From an uncultured Trueperaceae bacterium (lineage in GTDB: Bacteria > Deinococcota > Deinococci > Deinococcales > Trueperaceae): a stretch of 64,000 nt of DNA. The stretch spans positions 320,001 to 384,000 of the forward strand of contig CAWCXJ010000007.1 of assembly GCA_963799485.1 (NCBI GenBank), read 5' to 3'. Positions 44,513-54,973 of the stretch are shown piece after piece (positions within the stretch are counted from its first letter, which is position 1; every line of letters begins with the position of its first letter). The position numbers were made by a program, and so were the translations under genes. The notes beneath the pieces are model-generated. The model was given only the letters and a program-made list of their open reading frames with translations, ran no database searches and had not been told where the DNA came from.

Positions 44513-44539
44513 GGCTCCCGCAAACTTTCGGGAGCTTTT
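44513..44539 (+). terminator. Terminator of the ribosomal superoperon
   Basis: GGCTCCCG-loop-CGGGAGCTTTT. Confidence 0.75.
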
Positions 44540-44633
44540 CTATTACTATTTTTTATTACTATTCTGAAACGGTGGTTTTTCGTTCCCGCTACGACTCTGC
44601 AGTCTTTTGTCCGGGGTTCAGGAGGGAGTATCA

Positions 44634-44980
44634 ATGCATACTGGCATACGAAAAGCGAGTCGGAGCCTTGAAACCGGCTCGAGCGCATCTTTTTCGAGGC
44701 GATAAACTCGCACAAAGACTGGTTGACTGAACCCTTTAACGAAGATTACGTTGCGGTGGCTGCCGAAGCTGCGCAGTATCTGGTCGAGCGCAAAACCGCT
44801 GTCGTCGGCGTAGATTATCTCTCCGTTGCACCTTTTTCCGACACCTTTCATACCCACCGGGCGCTGTTAGATGCAGGCGTTTGGGTCACCGAAGGTCGCG
44901 GCTTGCGAAACATTCGAGAAGGACACTTTGAGACGGCAGCGACGCCTCCCCACTGCGGGTGCGGGTGCTTTACGCCCCGT
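44634..44980 (+). pseudogene. Degraded cyclase/kynurenine formamidase (KynB-like) family gene
   Basis: AAQYLVER...VGVDYLSV...THRALLDAGVWVTEG C-terminal half; only an MHTG remnant of the metal motif; ends approximate. Confidence 0.65.
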
Positions 44981-45045
44981 TTAGGTCAAGCACCTAAACC
45001 AAAAGAGCTGCCCTGCTACCGGCAGCCTTTTTCGTTTATGGCACC

Positions 45046-46431
45046 CTATTTACGGCGTTTGTTCCCGATGTGAATCGCTAGACCGTGCGCGGCTTCGGCA
45101 GCTTCCATAAAGCTCTCGGCAACCGTCGGGTGCGCGTGCTGCGTCAGCGAGATGTCTTCTAAGGTTGCGCCCATCTCGATAGCGAGCGCCGCTTCGGAGA
45201 CCATATCGCCCGCACTCGGCCCGACCATGTGAAAACCCAAAAGCAGGTCGGTCTCTTCGTCGCCGATGACCTTGACGACGCCTTCGCTCACGCCTAACGT
45301 CATGGCGCGGCCCGACGCAGCGAGCGGGAACACCCCGACGCGCACCTTATGACCGGCGTCTTTAGCCTCTTGTTCGGTCATGCCGACCGACGCGAGTTCG
45401 GGGCTTGTGTAGACGACTGCCGGGACGATGGTGTCATAGGCGGCAGGTTGACCGGCGGCGTGTTCAGCAGCGACCAGGCCCTCTTTCATCGCTTTGTGCG
45501 CCAGCAGGGGCGGTTTGCTCACGTCACCGATGGCGTAGATGTTGGGGATGTTCGTCTGCATCTGCGGGTTGGTCGGAATAAAACCGCGCTCGAGCTCTAC
45601 CCCCACCGCTTCCAACCCGAGCCCTGCGCCGCGTGGTTTGCGCCCTACTGCAACTAAAATCTTGTCGACGACGAGCTTTTCTTCTTTGCCGTCACGCTCT
45701 AAGGTGACTTCAATACCACCTTTAATCTTTTTCTGGCTCAGCGCTTTGGTGCCGGTCAGGATTTTGACGCCGCGTTTGTCGAAAGATTTACGTAGCTCTT
45801 TGGCCGCGTCACGGTCGGCGGTCGGGACGATTTCGTCCATCAGTTCAACCACGGTGACTTCTGCGCCCAAGGCGTGATAGATGTCGGAAAACTCCAAACC
45901 AATCGCACTCCCGCCGATAGCCAAAAACCGCTTCGGTACTTCGGAGACGAGCAGCGCCCCCGTCGAATTGACAATCGTGTCGCCGTTTGTCTCAAACCCC
46001 GGAATCTCGATGGGTTCCGAACCGGTCGCAACGATGATTTTTTCTGCCGTAAAACTTTTATCACCGACCTGCACGGTATTTTTGTCTTTAAGAACTGCGT
46101 GGCCTTCGATCAGCTCGACCTTGTTGCTCTTGAGCAGACTCCGCACACCGCCGGTTAGTTTATTGACGACGCTCGTCTTCCATTTGTCTACTTGCTTCAA
46201 GTCGACTTTAGGTTTGCCGAAATCGATCCCATAAGCTTTGGCGTGTTGCGCCTCGCGCAAATCTTCCGCGACGTGCAAGAGCGCTTTGGTTGGAATGCAG
46301 CCGACGTTCAGGCAGACGCCGCCCACATAGGTTTCTTCGACACACGCCGTTTTTAGACCGAGCTGCGCGGCGCGGATGGCGGCGTGATAGCCCCCCGGCC
46401 CCGACCCGATAATCAGCACTTGGTAGTCCAT
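45046..46431 (-). CDS. lpdA: Dihydrolipoyl dehydrogenase
   Basis: [28 protein letters not shown]. Confidence 0.97.
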   Translation of the reverse strand: MDYQVLIIGSGPGGYHAAIRAAQLGLKTACVEETYVGGVCLNVGCIPTKALLHVAEDLREAQHAKAYGIDFGKPKVDLKQVDKWKTSVVNKLTGGVRSLLKSNKVELIEGHAVLKDKNTVQVGDKSFTAEKIIVATGSEPIEIPGFETNGDTIVNSTGALLVSEVPKRFLAIGGSAIGLEFSDIYHALGAEVTVVELMDEIVPTADRDAAKELRKSFDKRGVKILTGTKALSQKKIKGGIEVTLERDGKEEKLVVDKILVAVGRKPRGAGLGLEAVGVELERGFIPTNPQMQTNIPNIYAIGDVSKPPLLAHKAMKEGLVAAEHAAGQPAAYDTIVPAVVYTSPELASVGMTEQEAKDAGHKVRVGVFPLAASGRAMTLGVSEGVVKVIGDEETDLLLGFHMVGPSAGDMVSEAALAIEMGATLEDISLTQHAHPTVAESFMEAAEAAHGLAIHIGNKRRK

Positions 46432-46570
46432 CTCTCCTCCTCGGCACCTCTTGGAGATGCGGTAGCTTTAGTTTACCTTGTCCCTCAGCGCGCAAACGTT
46501 TAGGCACGCTGTTTTAGGTAAGGCGTTACGGGTCGCAAAAGGCGGCGTATCGACCTGTTAAGCTAATCAT

Positions 46571-47827
46571 GTGACGCAGAATGAAAAGCATGTCGTGGTG
46601 GTCGGTGCGGGGTTAGCCGGGTTGACGGCGGCGCGTGTCTTGAGGCTTGCGGGGGTACGGGTGCGGGTACTCGAGTCCCAACCCCATCTCGGGGGCCGGG
46701 TTCATTCTCTGAGCCAAGACGGGTTTACCCTGGACGCCGGGTTTCAGGTCTTGTTTACGGCCTATCCCGCCGTAAAACGCAACCTGGACCTCAAACGCCT
46801 AGACCTCGTAAGCTTGCTTCCGGCAGCGGTTATCTGTCAGGGACGTTCGCGCGAAACCGTCGGGCGCGACCCCGGCAGTTTACGGGGGACGCTCCGAGCC
46901 GGGAGTCTGAACTGGCCCGACCGGGTGAGGCTACTGGCGCTCGCCGCGACCTTGAAAAGCGCTCCGGTCTCACAGCTGCTAATGGGTGACGACGAACCGA
47001 CGCACGACTTTTTACGGCGTTACGGCCTTTCAGAGCGGGTTATCGAACGGTTTTTTGCACCGTTTTTCGGCGGTATCTTTTTACAGCGTAATCTCTCAAC
47101 GAGTTCCAGGCTTTTTCGCTACTACTTCCGGATGTTGCTGGACGGTCCGGTTGCGCTGCCGAGGGGCGGCATAGGCCGGATTCCGCAGCAACTTGCTGAA
47201 GGGTTGGACGTCAGCTTTGATACGAAAGTGGCGGGCCTCGAGCCCCACCCTTCAGGCGTCACCGTAAAAACAGCGGGGGAGAGCTTAGAGGCGACCCACG
47301 TCATCGTCGCCACCGACCCGCCCGAACTGGGGCGGTTGACGGGCGTTGCCGCTCCTAAGGGGAGCGTCGGCAGCACCTATCTCTACTACGCTTCGCCGCT
47401 GCGTTTAGACGCCGAACCGCGCCTGCTGCTAAACGCCGAGCAGGGTTACGTCAACAATGCCCTCTGGCTAAGTAATGTCAATCCGCTGCTCGCTCCGTTA
47501 GGGCAACACCTGCTTTCGGTTACGGCGCTCGGCGCAGAAGAACTGGATGACAGTGAATTAGATGACAGGATAAAACGTGAGCTTGCAACTTGGTATGGCG
47601 ACGCCGTAAAACAGCTGCATCTTCTGAAGATAATCCGTATTCCCTTCGCCCAGTTCGTGCAACCTGCCGGGTTTAGTGCAGCGTTGTCGGAAAATGAGAC
47701 GCCGCTACCAAACGTCTTTATCGCTTCCGAGGCGACCAGTATGAGTTCAATTCAGGGGGCGATGGAGAGTGGTGAACAGGCAGCGGCGCTGGTTTTGGGG
47801 CGTGGGGTGAGGGCTCGAGGGGCCTGA
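46571..47827 (+). CDS. FAD-dependent oxidoreductase (amine oxidase/protoporphyrinogen oxidase-like family)
   Basis: VVGAGLAGL, GGRV, DAGFQV, SIQGAMESG. Confidence 0.85.
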   Translation: MTQNEKHVVVVGAGLAGLTAARVLRLAGVRVRVLESQPHLGGRVHSLSQDGFTLDAGFQVLFTAYPAVKRNLDLKRLDLVSLLPAAVICQGRSRETVGRDPGSLRGTLRAGSLNWPDRVRLLALAATLKSAPVSQLLMGDDEPTHDFLRRYGLSERVIERFFAPFFGGIFLQRNLSTSSRLFRYYFRMLLDGPVALPRGGIGRIPQQLAEGLDVSFDTKVAGLEPHPSGVTVKTAGESLEATHVIVATDPPELGRLTGVAAPKGSVGSTYLYYASPLRLDAEPRLLLNAEQGYVNNALWLSNVNPLLAPLGQHLLSVTALGAEELDDSELDDRIKRELATWYGDAVKQLHLLKIIRIPFAQFVQPAGFSAALSENETPLPNVFIASEATSMSSIQGAMESGEQAAALVLGRGVRARGA

Positions 47828-47828
47828 C

Positions 47829-48101
47829 TTACGTACTTTTGCGGCGGTTTTGACGTTCGATATATTTTACGGCGAAGGAGCAGAGCGCGATGACCTCGAG
47901 CCCGTTTGCAGCGGCGTACTCCAGCACCTCTTTGGTCAACTTACTCGCCACGCCCTGACCTTCAAAGGCAGATGGAACGTAAGTATGAGTAATCGTTAAT
48001 GTACCTGCTCCGGGACTCAAAACATAACTGAGTTCAGCGAGTGCGCCGCCTTTTAGGGCGACTTCAAAACGGTTTTGGGCAGCGTTATGAATGACGTTCA
48101 T
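47829..48101 (-). CDS. Small GNAT-family (YjdJ-like) acetyltransferase
   Basis: ITHTYVP...GQGVA...LCSF. Confidence 0.85.
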   Translation of the reverse strand: MNVIHNAAQNRFEVALKGGALAELSYVLSPGAGTLTITHTYVPSAFEGQGVASKLTKEVLEYAAANGLEVIALCSFAVKYIERQNRRKST

Positions 48102-48120
48102 GGCCCCAGCATAGCTGCGT

Positions 48121-49068
48121 CTACCGCTGAACAACGTTTTTTAGGGGTTGCCCTGCCGAAAACCGCCGGAGATTCTCGGCAATCAAGGCTTCCGCGCCCT
48201 GCGGTCTGCCCCCGGCAGCGTGCGGCGAGATGATGAGGTTCGGCGTGTCCCAGAGGGGCGAAGCTGCGGGCAGCGGTTCGGTTTGGAATACGTCGAGCGC
48301 CGCGCCGCCGAGCTTGCCTGCGCGGAGTGCGTAAGCAAGCGCAGTTTCATCGACTGAAGTACCGCGCCCGACGTTGACGACCCACGCGTGGCGGGGGAGA
48401 AGGGCTAAACGCCCCTCCGAGAGTGCGCGCCGCGTCGCCTCGGAACCCGGCAAAATCATCACCAGTACGTCGGTTTGCGGTAACAGTTGCGGTAATGCGT
48501 TTTCGGTAAAGATTTCAGTGCCGTCTCTGACTCCGGCGCTGCGGGCTACGCCGCGAACGTGTGCGCCCAACAACTTCAGGTGTGGGGTGAGTGTTCGGGC
48601 GATGTTGCCGTAACCCCAAACAAGCACCTGGGCGTCTCGCAACGTCCGAAAGCTGTCTTTGGGCCGGTCGGGTTGTAAGCCGCCCAAATGCTCTGCCCAG
48701 CGGCGCTCCGTCTGAAAGTCGCGCATTTCGTAAAACCGCCGGGCAGCGTTAAGCAGCAGCCCGAGCGTGTGTTCGGCAACCGTACAGTCATGAAGTCCGC
48801 TCCCGCTCGTAATAGTCACGCCTTCTGCAAAACCGGCGTTCAAAACGTCGTTGGGGCCGGCTGCGAGCGACTGAATCCAGCGGAGACTCGCGAGCTTCGT
48901 GGCTGCATCTTTGAGCATCTCAGCGCTGTTGCCCCAGGTGACCAAAACTTCAGCGTCATGGTGTTCTGTGGGTAACGCCTTGTCAACATCGTAAGAGAAA
49001 AGGGTGACGCCGAAACCCTCGAGCAAGCCCACATCAAACGCCAAAGAGGTCGGATAGAGCAGTTTCAT
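48121..49068 (-). CDS. D-2-hydroxyacid dehydrogenase family protein
   Basis: GYGNIA, VNVGRG, LDVFQTEPL, ISPH. Confidence 0.92.
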   Translation of the reverse strand: MKLLYPTSLAFDVGLLEGFGVTLFSYDVDKALPTEHHDAEVLVTWGNSAEMLKDAATKLASLRWIQSLAAGPNDVLNAGFAEGVTITSGSGLHDCTVAEHTLGLLLNAARRFYEMRDFQTERRWAEHLGGLQPDRPKDSFRTLRDAQVLVWGYGNIARTLTPHLKLLGAHVRGVARSAGVRDGTEIFTENALPQLLPQTDVLVMILPGSEATRRALSEGRLALLPRHAWVVNVGRGTSVDETALAYALRAGKLGGAALDVFQTEPLPAASPLWDTPNLIISPHAAGGRPQGAEALIAENLRRFSAGQPLKNVVQR

Positions 49069-49089
49069 CCGCTAACTATAGCAATGAGC

Positions 49090-49134
49090 AAAAAGCAACG
49101 AGCCATGAGGGCAAAACCCTCATGGCTCGTTGCT
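49090..49134 (-). terminator. Strong terminator after the Crp-family gene
   Basis: 18-bp perfect stem AGCAACGAGCCATGAGGG/CCCTCATGGCTCGTTGCT with a U-tract on the minus strand. Confidence 0.85.
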
Positions 49135-49150
49135 CGGTACTTGTTACGGC

Positions 49151-49807
49151 TTACAGAACCTGCATCACGTAGTCGTCGGTGGCGGCCTCGAGCCCTTGCG
49201 GGTCGGCGTAGTAAACGCCGCGTGTGCCGGACAAGGCACCTTCTTGGCGCAGCTCACCCAGAATACGGGTGATGGTAACGCGTGAGGAGCCGGTCAGCGA
49301 AGCCAAATCTTCGTGTGTCAGTGCGAGCGGCAGCTTAACGCCTGCGCCGGTATCGGACGCTTGACCGAAACGCTCGACGAGGCGCAGGAACGCTTTGGTC
49401 ACGCGGGCACCGACCGGGAGCTCGGCGTCGTCGATACCCTGGCGGGCGTGACGGAGCTGGCGGGCGAGGCTCCGCAGGATGTGGTCGCGCAAGTTTCGGT
49501 CGTTCATCGCCTGGGCCGGGTCGAGCGGGACGAGCTGCGCGTCGTGGACAGCGACAACGGTTTCGGCGTGCTGACCGCCGTCGAGGGCGGCAGTGCCAAC
49601 GACGTCACCGGGGCCGTAGAGGTCGGCGATGCGTTCTTTGCCCATCGAAGTGGGGACGACGGCTTTTAAGACGCCGCTGCTGACTAGGTAGAGCGAAGAG
49701 GCGTCGCGGCCTTCTTCGTATAAAACATCGTCGGGCTCGAGGACGCGCGTCGGTAGGGCGAGCGTTGAAGGGACAAGGGGATGAGTGGTGCTAAAAATCT
49801 GGGTCAT
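49151..49807 (-). CDS. Crp/Fnr family transcriptional regulator
   Basis: cNMP-type beta-barrel plus HTH LTHEDLASLTGSSRVTITRIL. Confidence 0.92.
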   Translation of the reverse strand: MTQIFSTTHPLVPSTLALPTRVLEPDDVLYEEGRDASSLYLVSSGVLKAVVPTSMGKERIADLYGPGDVVGTAALDGGQHAETVVAVHDAQLVPLDPAQAMNDRNLRDHILRSLARQLRHARQGIDDAELPVGARVTKAFLRLVERFGQASDTGAGVKLPLALTHEDLASLTGSSRVTITRILGELRQEGALSGTRGVYYADPQGLEAATDDYVMQVL

Positions 49808-49860
49808 CTGAAACCTCTTTTGGGTTGAAAAGGGTGAAGTGGTGCGGGTGGATGTGGGTC

Positions 49861-49918
49861 TTTTACTGAATCACATCATCAGTAAAACTATTCTACCTCA
49901 TTTTTTAAGGTTAGTCAA
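49861..49918 (-). promoter_or_regulatory. Promoter of the Crp-family gene with an overlapping palindromic operator
   Basis: TTGACT-17 bp-TAGAAT on the minus strand; TTTTACTGA-N9-TCAGTAAAA at 49861-49887. Confidence 0.7.
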
Positions 49919-50031
49919 GTACGCTCAAGGTAGCGAAAAGCTCGTACTGGACGATAAAAACTACTTTGTAAGGCATACCTAAATTGCTAGGTTCTACCCC
50001 TCTGACATGATAGGGCGTATCCTTGTGAGAT

Positions 50032-51144
50032 ATGTCAGATTATCCAAAAAGGCGGGTTAAGGTCCGTGAACTAGCAGAACTCGAGGCCGTCGTGCTTGTA
50101 CCGGGGGCCAACCTGCACTACTTTACCGGCCTGAACTTCGGGCTTTCCGAACGGCCTGTTCTGGCGTTTGTCGGCGCGTTTAGCGCGGGCGACGGACTGG
50201 CGCTGCTGCTGCCTGAACTCGAGGTTTCGCAGTTAGCGGCGCACCCCAAGTTAGCTCCCCGCATCTTCTCATGGAGCGATGAAGCGGGGTATAGCGGCGC
50301 GCTCCGGGCAGCCCTAGACGAGTTGGAACTGCGCGAGCAGGTACTCGGTATCGACGCCCTGACGATGCGGGCGTTTGAATATCTGGCGCTTTTGGCAGAA
50401 GCTCCGGAACTCCAGGTACGCCGCGCCGAAGAGGAGCTGATGCGTATTCGCGCCCGCAAGGAACCCGGCGAGCTGGCGGCGATTCGTGAGGCGGTGGCGC
50501 TGAGCGAGCGTGCCTTGACACGGCTTTTGCCCGAGCTAAAGGTAGGGCAGAGTGAAGCGCAAATTGCAGCGCGGCTCACAGAACTTTTGGGAGAAGAGGG
50601 CAGCGAAGGCCACGCGTTTGCGCCACTGGTGCAGTCCGGCCCGAACAGCGCCCTGCCCCACGGCAACCCGTCGGCGCGGACGCTAAAGGCCGGTGAACCG
50701 CTTTTGATCGACTACGGAGGTCGCAAGCGCAGCTACCCCGCCGACATCACCCGGACACTCTTTTTAGGCGAGCCGACGCCGGAACTAGCCCGCATCTTCG
50801 AGGTCGTATCGGACGCGAGCCGGGCGGCGATCTCAGCGGTGGGGCCGGGTGTCCCGATGCAGGCAATCGACCGGGCAGCACGGCGCGTTATCGAGGCGGC
50901 AGGCTACGGTGAGCGGTTCATTCACCGCACCGGACACGGTTTGGGCCTCGAGGTTCACGAGAGCATCCCGCAGCTTGCCGAGGGAGTCGAGATACCTTTA
51001 GAACCCGGTATGGTCATGACGATAGAACCGGGGGTGTACCTGCCGGGCGTAGGCGGGGTGCGGCTCGAGGACGTTGTAATCGTCACCGAAACGGGTGCCG
51101 AAGTCTTGACCAAGCTGCCGCACAAACTCTTTGCAGGTGAGTAG
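50032..51144 (+). CDS. Xaa-Pro peptidase (M24B)
   Basis: SALPHG, DITRT, HRTGHGLGLEVHE, TIEPG, GVRLED. Confidence 0.93.
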   Translation: MSDYPKRRVKVRELAELEAVVLVPGANLHYFTGLNFGLSERPVLAFVGAFSAGDGLALLLPELEVSQLAAHPKLAPRIFSWSDEAGYSGALRAALDELELREQVLGIDALTMRAFEYLALLAEAPELQVRRAEEELMRIRARKEPGELAAIREAVALSERALTRLLPELKVGQSEAQIAARLTELLGEEGSEGHAFAPLVQSGPNSALPHGNPSARTLKAGEPLLIDYGGRKRSYPADITRTLFLGEPTPELARIFEVVSDASRAAISAVGPGVPMQAIDRAARRVIEAAGYGERFIHRTGHGLGLEVHESIPQLAEGVEIPLEPGMVMTIEPGVYLPGVGGVRLEDVVIVTETGAEVLTKLPHKLFAGE

Positions 51145-51274
51145 GCGTTTGTGGGGCTTGTCAACTGCAGGACTTGTCAATCCAGCCGTGAAAGCGTAGG
51201 AATTTAGGTGATGCGCTACTGGCTGCACTCCCCGCACGGTAAAGTGCTCAGCCTTAAAGGGTCGTTTTGTTACG

Positions 51275-52939
51275 TCAGCGCGGCACAGATGGCACAGTGA
51301 GCGCGTTCAAGGCCGCGCTTAAGGCTGTTTGGGGGTCGTTGCCGACCTTGACCATCGTAAAACTCAGGTCGTCGCTGCTACCGTCGTCTTCATACCACGC
51401 GCCGCCACCCCGAAAGGTCGGGGCACCGTCTTCGTTTTCGATACGGTCGTTTTCATCGTAAGCGACGAGTCTTTCAGCGCCGGACTCGTCGTAAAAGACG
51501 ATATCGTAGGTTTCGCCGTCGCCGAAATCGAGAACGTCGATGTGGCCTACGCCAGTCGGCGCGCCGCACGCCTCGAGGCCGTTTTCACAGTACGTCCACG
51601 CACCCTTGCCGCCCCGGACGAAAAACTCCGCGAGCCCGGAGTCGGCGCTCGAGGACGCCTCTGAAATGCTCAAGTAACCCACGAACGCTTTATCTCTAGA
51701 ACTTGCCGCCCACGCCCATTCGCCGTAAAACGGCACGTCGGGCGTTTCGGAACCTCCCCCGGTTACTTCGACCGTGACTTGTTCACGGGTTTTGCCGCCC
51801 TTACGGTCGCCCACAGTTACCGACGCGGTGTAAGTTCCGGCTTTCTGGTAGGTATGGCGCGCCGGGTTTTCGCCTGAAATCACGCCGTCGCCGAAATCCC
51901 ACAGATAGACGAGGGTATCGTCGTCGGCGTCGGTTGCCGAGGCGCTGAACTCGACCTGTAAAGGCGTCGTGCCCGAAGGGGGGTCGGCGGTCGCCGTGAC
52001 GTCTTCGGGTGGGGTGTTTTCAGGCGGCGGCGCGGCGGGCGCTTCAACGCTGATCTCGGTACCGGCAGACGTTTCAGCGAGGCCGTCGCTGACCGTGACA
52101 GACGCGGTGAACGTGCCGGGTTCGGTATAGGTGAGCGTGCGGCTCGAGTTCCCCTTTGCCTGTTCACCGTTGCCAAAATCCCAGGTGTAGCTGAGCGGTT
52201 CGCCTTCGGGGTCTTTGGCTTTGGCCCTAAACGAGACGGTCAGCGGCGCACTACCTTCAGTCTCGCTCGAGCTGAGCGAAACCTCGGGCGCTTCGTTGTC
52301 GGGTACTGTTGGCGGTTCGGTCGGGGGAACCTGAGGGTCAGGGTCGGTTACAGCAACGCGCTGCTCGGCTTGTGTCACACCACCACGCCCGTCGTCTACT
52401 GTCACAACGGCGATATAGACACCGGCTTCAGCGAAGGTATGCGTTCGGGTTGCACCGCCTACCGCGGCTTCACCGTCGCCGAAGTTCCAGCTGTAGGTCG
52501 CTGCGTCGCCGTCCGGGTCGGTTGCCGTAGCGCTAAACTTGACTTTTAACGGCGCTTTGCCCGTAGTTCTCGAGGCTTTTAGCGTAACGCTCGGGGCACC
52601 GTTTTCGGGAACAACTCGGGGCGCGGCAACGCTTATATCAACATCCGCCGTCGCCGTCTGCGCGTCCCGACTGACCCTGACCGAAACGGGAAACGTTCCG
52701 GCTTGCTTAAACACGTAGGCGCGGCTGGGGCTGCCCTGCGCCGTTTCGCCTGTGCCAAAATCCCACAAATAGCCGACTTCGTTGCCACCTTCCGGGACGC
52801 TGGCAGAGAAGTTGACCTCGAGGGGTGCTTCGCCGCTGAGTTTGTCGGCGTTCAGCGCGACCGAAAGCTCGTTTTGTCCGCCACTACACGCAGCGAGCAA
52901 GAGCAGCAGACCGAGCGAAAGTTCTTTCACCGGTATCAT
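51275..52939 (-). CDS. Lipoprotein with four PKD domains and an unknown C-terminal domain
   Basis: Lipobox LAAC; four W(D/N)FG repeats each preceded by a GxAPL/TPL-V-F-type motif; start uncertain (52972 alternative). Confidence 0.88.
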   Translation of the reverse strand: MIPVKELSLGLLLLLAACSGGQNELSVALNADKLSGEAPLEVNFSASVPEGGNEVGYLWDFGTGETAQGSPSRAYVFKQAGTFPVSVRVSRDAQTATADVDISVAAPRVVPENGAPSVTLKASRTTGKAPLKVKFSATATDPDGDAATYSWNFGDGEAAVGGATRTHTFAEAGVYIAVVTVDDGRGGVTQAEQRVAVTDPDPQVPPTEPPTVPDNEAPEVSLSSSETEGSAPLTVSFRAKAKDPEGEPLSYTWDFGNGEQAKGNSSRTLTYTEPGTFTASVTVSDGLAETSAGTEISVEAPAAPPPENTPPEDVTATADPPSGTTPLQVEFSASATDADDDTLVYLWDFGDGVISGENPARHTYQKAGTYTASVTVGDRKGGKTREQVTVEVTGGGSETPDVPFYGEWAWAASSRDKAFVGYLSISEASSSADSGLAEFFVRGGKGAWTYCENGLEACGAPTGVGHIDVLDFGDGETYDIVFYDESGAERLVAYDENDRIENEDGAPTFRGGGAWYEDDGSSDDLSFTMVKVGNDPQTALSAALNALTVPSVPR

Positions 52940-53178
52940 CAGGTTTCTTACTGTGGTTTTGCTGTGTATCACCGTAATTTTTTCATCGGGGCTTCCCCTA
53001 AAAGACCGGTACGAGCCGAATTGGCGTAAAAAAACTTGAGGTGGGCAGTGCCCTTACTGTAAGTTTGCCTCACCCGGCTGAGAGCTTTCTGTGAAGGTTG
53101 TACTTACGCCAGCGGGCACAAGTTAAGTCGGGCTTGTCTGAGCCTACAAGACCCTGAAACGGCGTGCTACCCTAAAGC

Positions 53179-53823
53179 ATGTCCGCACGCACCGCCCCCT
53201 CTGTGACCGTCATCGACCACCCGCTCGTGCAGCACAAACTGTCGCTTTTACGCGACCGCACGACCGATGTCCGCGATTTTCGGGAATTGTGTCAAGAACT
53301 CAGTATGCTGATGGCGTTTGAAGCCATGCGCGATTTGACCGTTGAGCCCATCACCATCGAAACACCCGTCGCCGAGGCGAAAACGCAGCGCCTGAGCGGT
53401 AAAAAGCTCGCGCTGGTAGCGATTTTGCGTGCGGGCCTAATTATGGTTGACGGCATTCTGGCACTCGTCCCGACGGCTCGAGTCGGACATATCGGGCTCT
53501 ACCGCAATCCCGAAACACTCGAGCCCGTCGAGTACTACAACAAGCTCCCCGCCGATATCGCCGAACGCGACGTTTTTTTGCTCGACCCGATGCTGGCGAC
53601 CGGTGGCAGCGCTGCTGCTGCGATTACCATTCTTAAAAGTCTAGGTGCCGCGCGAATCCGGCTGCTGTGTATTCTGGGCGCACCTGAAGGTATCGCCGCC
53701 GTTCACAGCGCCCACCCGGACGTTGAAATCATCCTGGCAGCCAAGGACGAACGCCTGAACGACCACGGTTATATCGTGCCGGGACTCGGCGATGCGGGCG
53801 ACCGGATTTACGGGACACGCTAA
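53179..53823 (+). CDS. upp: Uracil phosphoribosyltransferase
   Basis: [26 protein letters not shown]. Confidence 0.98.
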   Translation: MSARTAPSVTVIDHPLVQHKLSLLRDRTTDVRDFRELCQELSMLMAFEAMRDLTVEPITIETPVAEAKTQRLSGKKLALVAILRAGLIMVDGILALVPTARVGHIGLYRNPETLEPVEYYNKLPADIAERDVFLLDPMLATGGSAAAAITILKSLGAARIRLLCILGAPEGIAAVHSAHPDVEIILAAKDERLNDHGYIVPGLGDAGDRIYGTR

Positions 53824-53884
53824 CGCGTAAAATACGAGGTGTATCCCTACTTTACACATGCTACTCTTCGAGTAAACTAGACTT

Positions 53885-54973
53885 GTGCGTGACCAACTGC
53901 TCGTCTATCTGCCCCTCGTCTCGCTGACCTTTTTCGCAGCGCTCGTCCTGGTTGCCGCTCTGACCCCGCGCGTCGAGGGGTTCGCGCGGCGTATCGGCGC
54001 GCTGCAACAGGGCGGCGGGCGGCGGGTTCACGAGGGGGCTGTGCCGAACATCGGCGGCGTCGCTATCTTCGGCGGCTTTATGGGTGCGCTGCTCGTCGGC
54101 GGGCTGCTTCGGCCCGACCTGCTGGTGACGTACCGTGAAGAACTCCTGGCGATTGTCCTCGGCGGCGCACTGATGACGCTCGTCGGCTTGTTCGACGACC
54201 TCTGGGAAGTTCCGGCCCTGACGCGGCTCGTGTGTCAATTTGTGGCTGCTGGAATCGTCGTGGTGAACGGTGTCCGGGTGGACTTTATCACCAACTATTT
54301 CGGCGCGACGCCGTACCAGTTTTTCGGGCCGGTACTCGCTGCCGGGCTCACCCTCCTCTGGATTGTCGGGTTTACCAACGCGTTTAACTTCATTGACGGG
54401 TTAGACGGGCTTTCGTCGGGGTTGGCGGCAATCTCGAGCCTCGCTCTCTTAGCCGTCGCCGTGCAGCTCCCCGACCGGGGCGCGGCGGTCTTGCTGCTCG
54501 CCGCTTTAGCCGGGTCTGCTTTGGGGTTTTTACGGCACAACTACAACCCTGCCAAGGTCATTATGGGCGATTCGGGGGCGTATCTGCTCGGCTATGTGCT
54601 GGCAGCCGTCAGCGTTTTGGGCGCGCTCAAGGTTACGGCGGCGGTTACGGTTGCGGCTCCTATCCTGATTTTGGCGGTGCCGGTTGTCAATCTGACGCAG
54701 GTGACGCTCCGCCGCTTGTCGCGCCGCGCGAACCCGGCGGCGGCGGCGAACGACCATCTGCACGACCTCATCCGGGTGCGGAGCGGGTCGAAACCGCTGA
54801 CGGTGCTCGTGCTGTGGGGTGCGGCGCTCGTGTTCGGGGCGTGCGGGATGACGCTTTCACAGACGCCGCCCGAACTCATCTACCTGACGGTTACGGCGAC
54901 GGTCGTGCTGGTCGGTGGGGTGAGCTTTTTGCGCGTTCGCGAGTTGGCCCGTCAAACCCCTCACCGGACGTGA
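53885..54973 (+). CDS. wecA: Undecaprenyl-phosphate GlcNAc-1-phosphate transferase (WecA/TagO, MraY family)
   Basis: GLFDD, NAFNFIDGLDG, MGDSG, HLHD. Confidence 0.88.
   Translation: MRDQLLVYLPLVSLTFFAALVLVAALTPRVEGFARRIGALQQGGGRRVHEGAVPNIGGVAIFGGFMGALLVGGLLRPDLLVTYREELLAIVLGGALMTLVGLFDDLWEVPALTRLVCQFVAAGIVVVNGVRVDFITNYFGATPYQFFGPVLAAGLTLLWIVGFTNAFNFIDGLDGLSSGLAAISSLALLAVAVQLPDRGAAVLLLAALAGSALGFLRHNYNPAKVIMGDSGAYLLGYVLAAVSVLGALKVTAAVTVAAPILILAVPVVNLTQVTLRRLSRRANPAAAANDHLHDLIRVRSGSKPLTVLVLWGAALVFGACGMTLSQTPPELIYLTVTATVVLVGGVSFLRVRELARQTPHRT

Noticed and set aside
51145..51270. Imperfect hairpin and CTTGTCAA repeat as an ncRNA or IS end
   Set aside because: It lies between convergent genes and has no recognisable family features.
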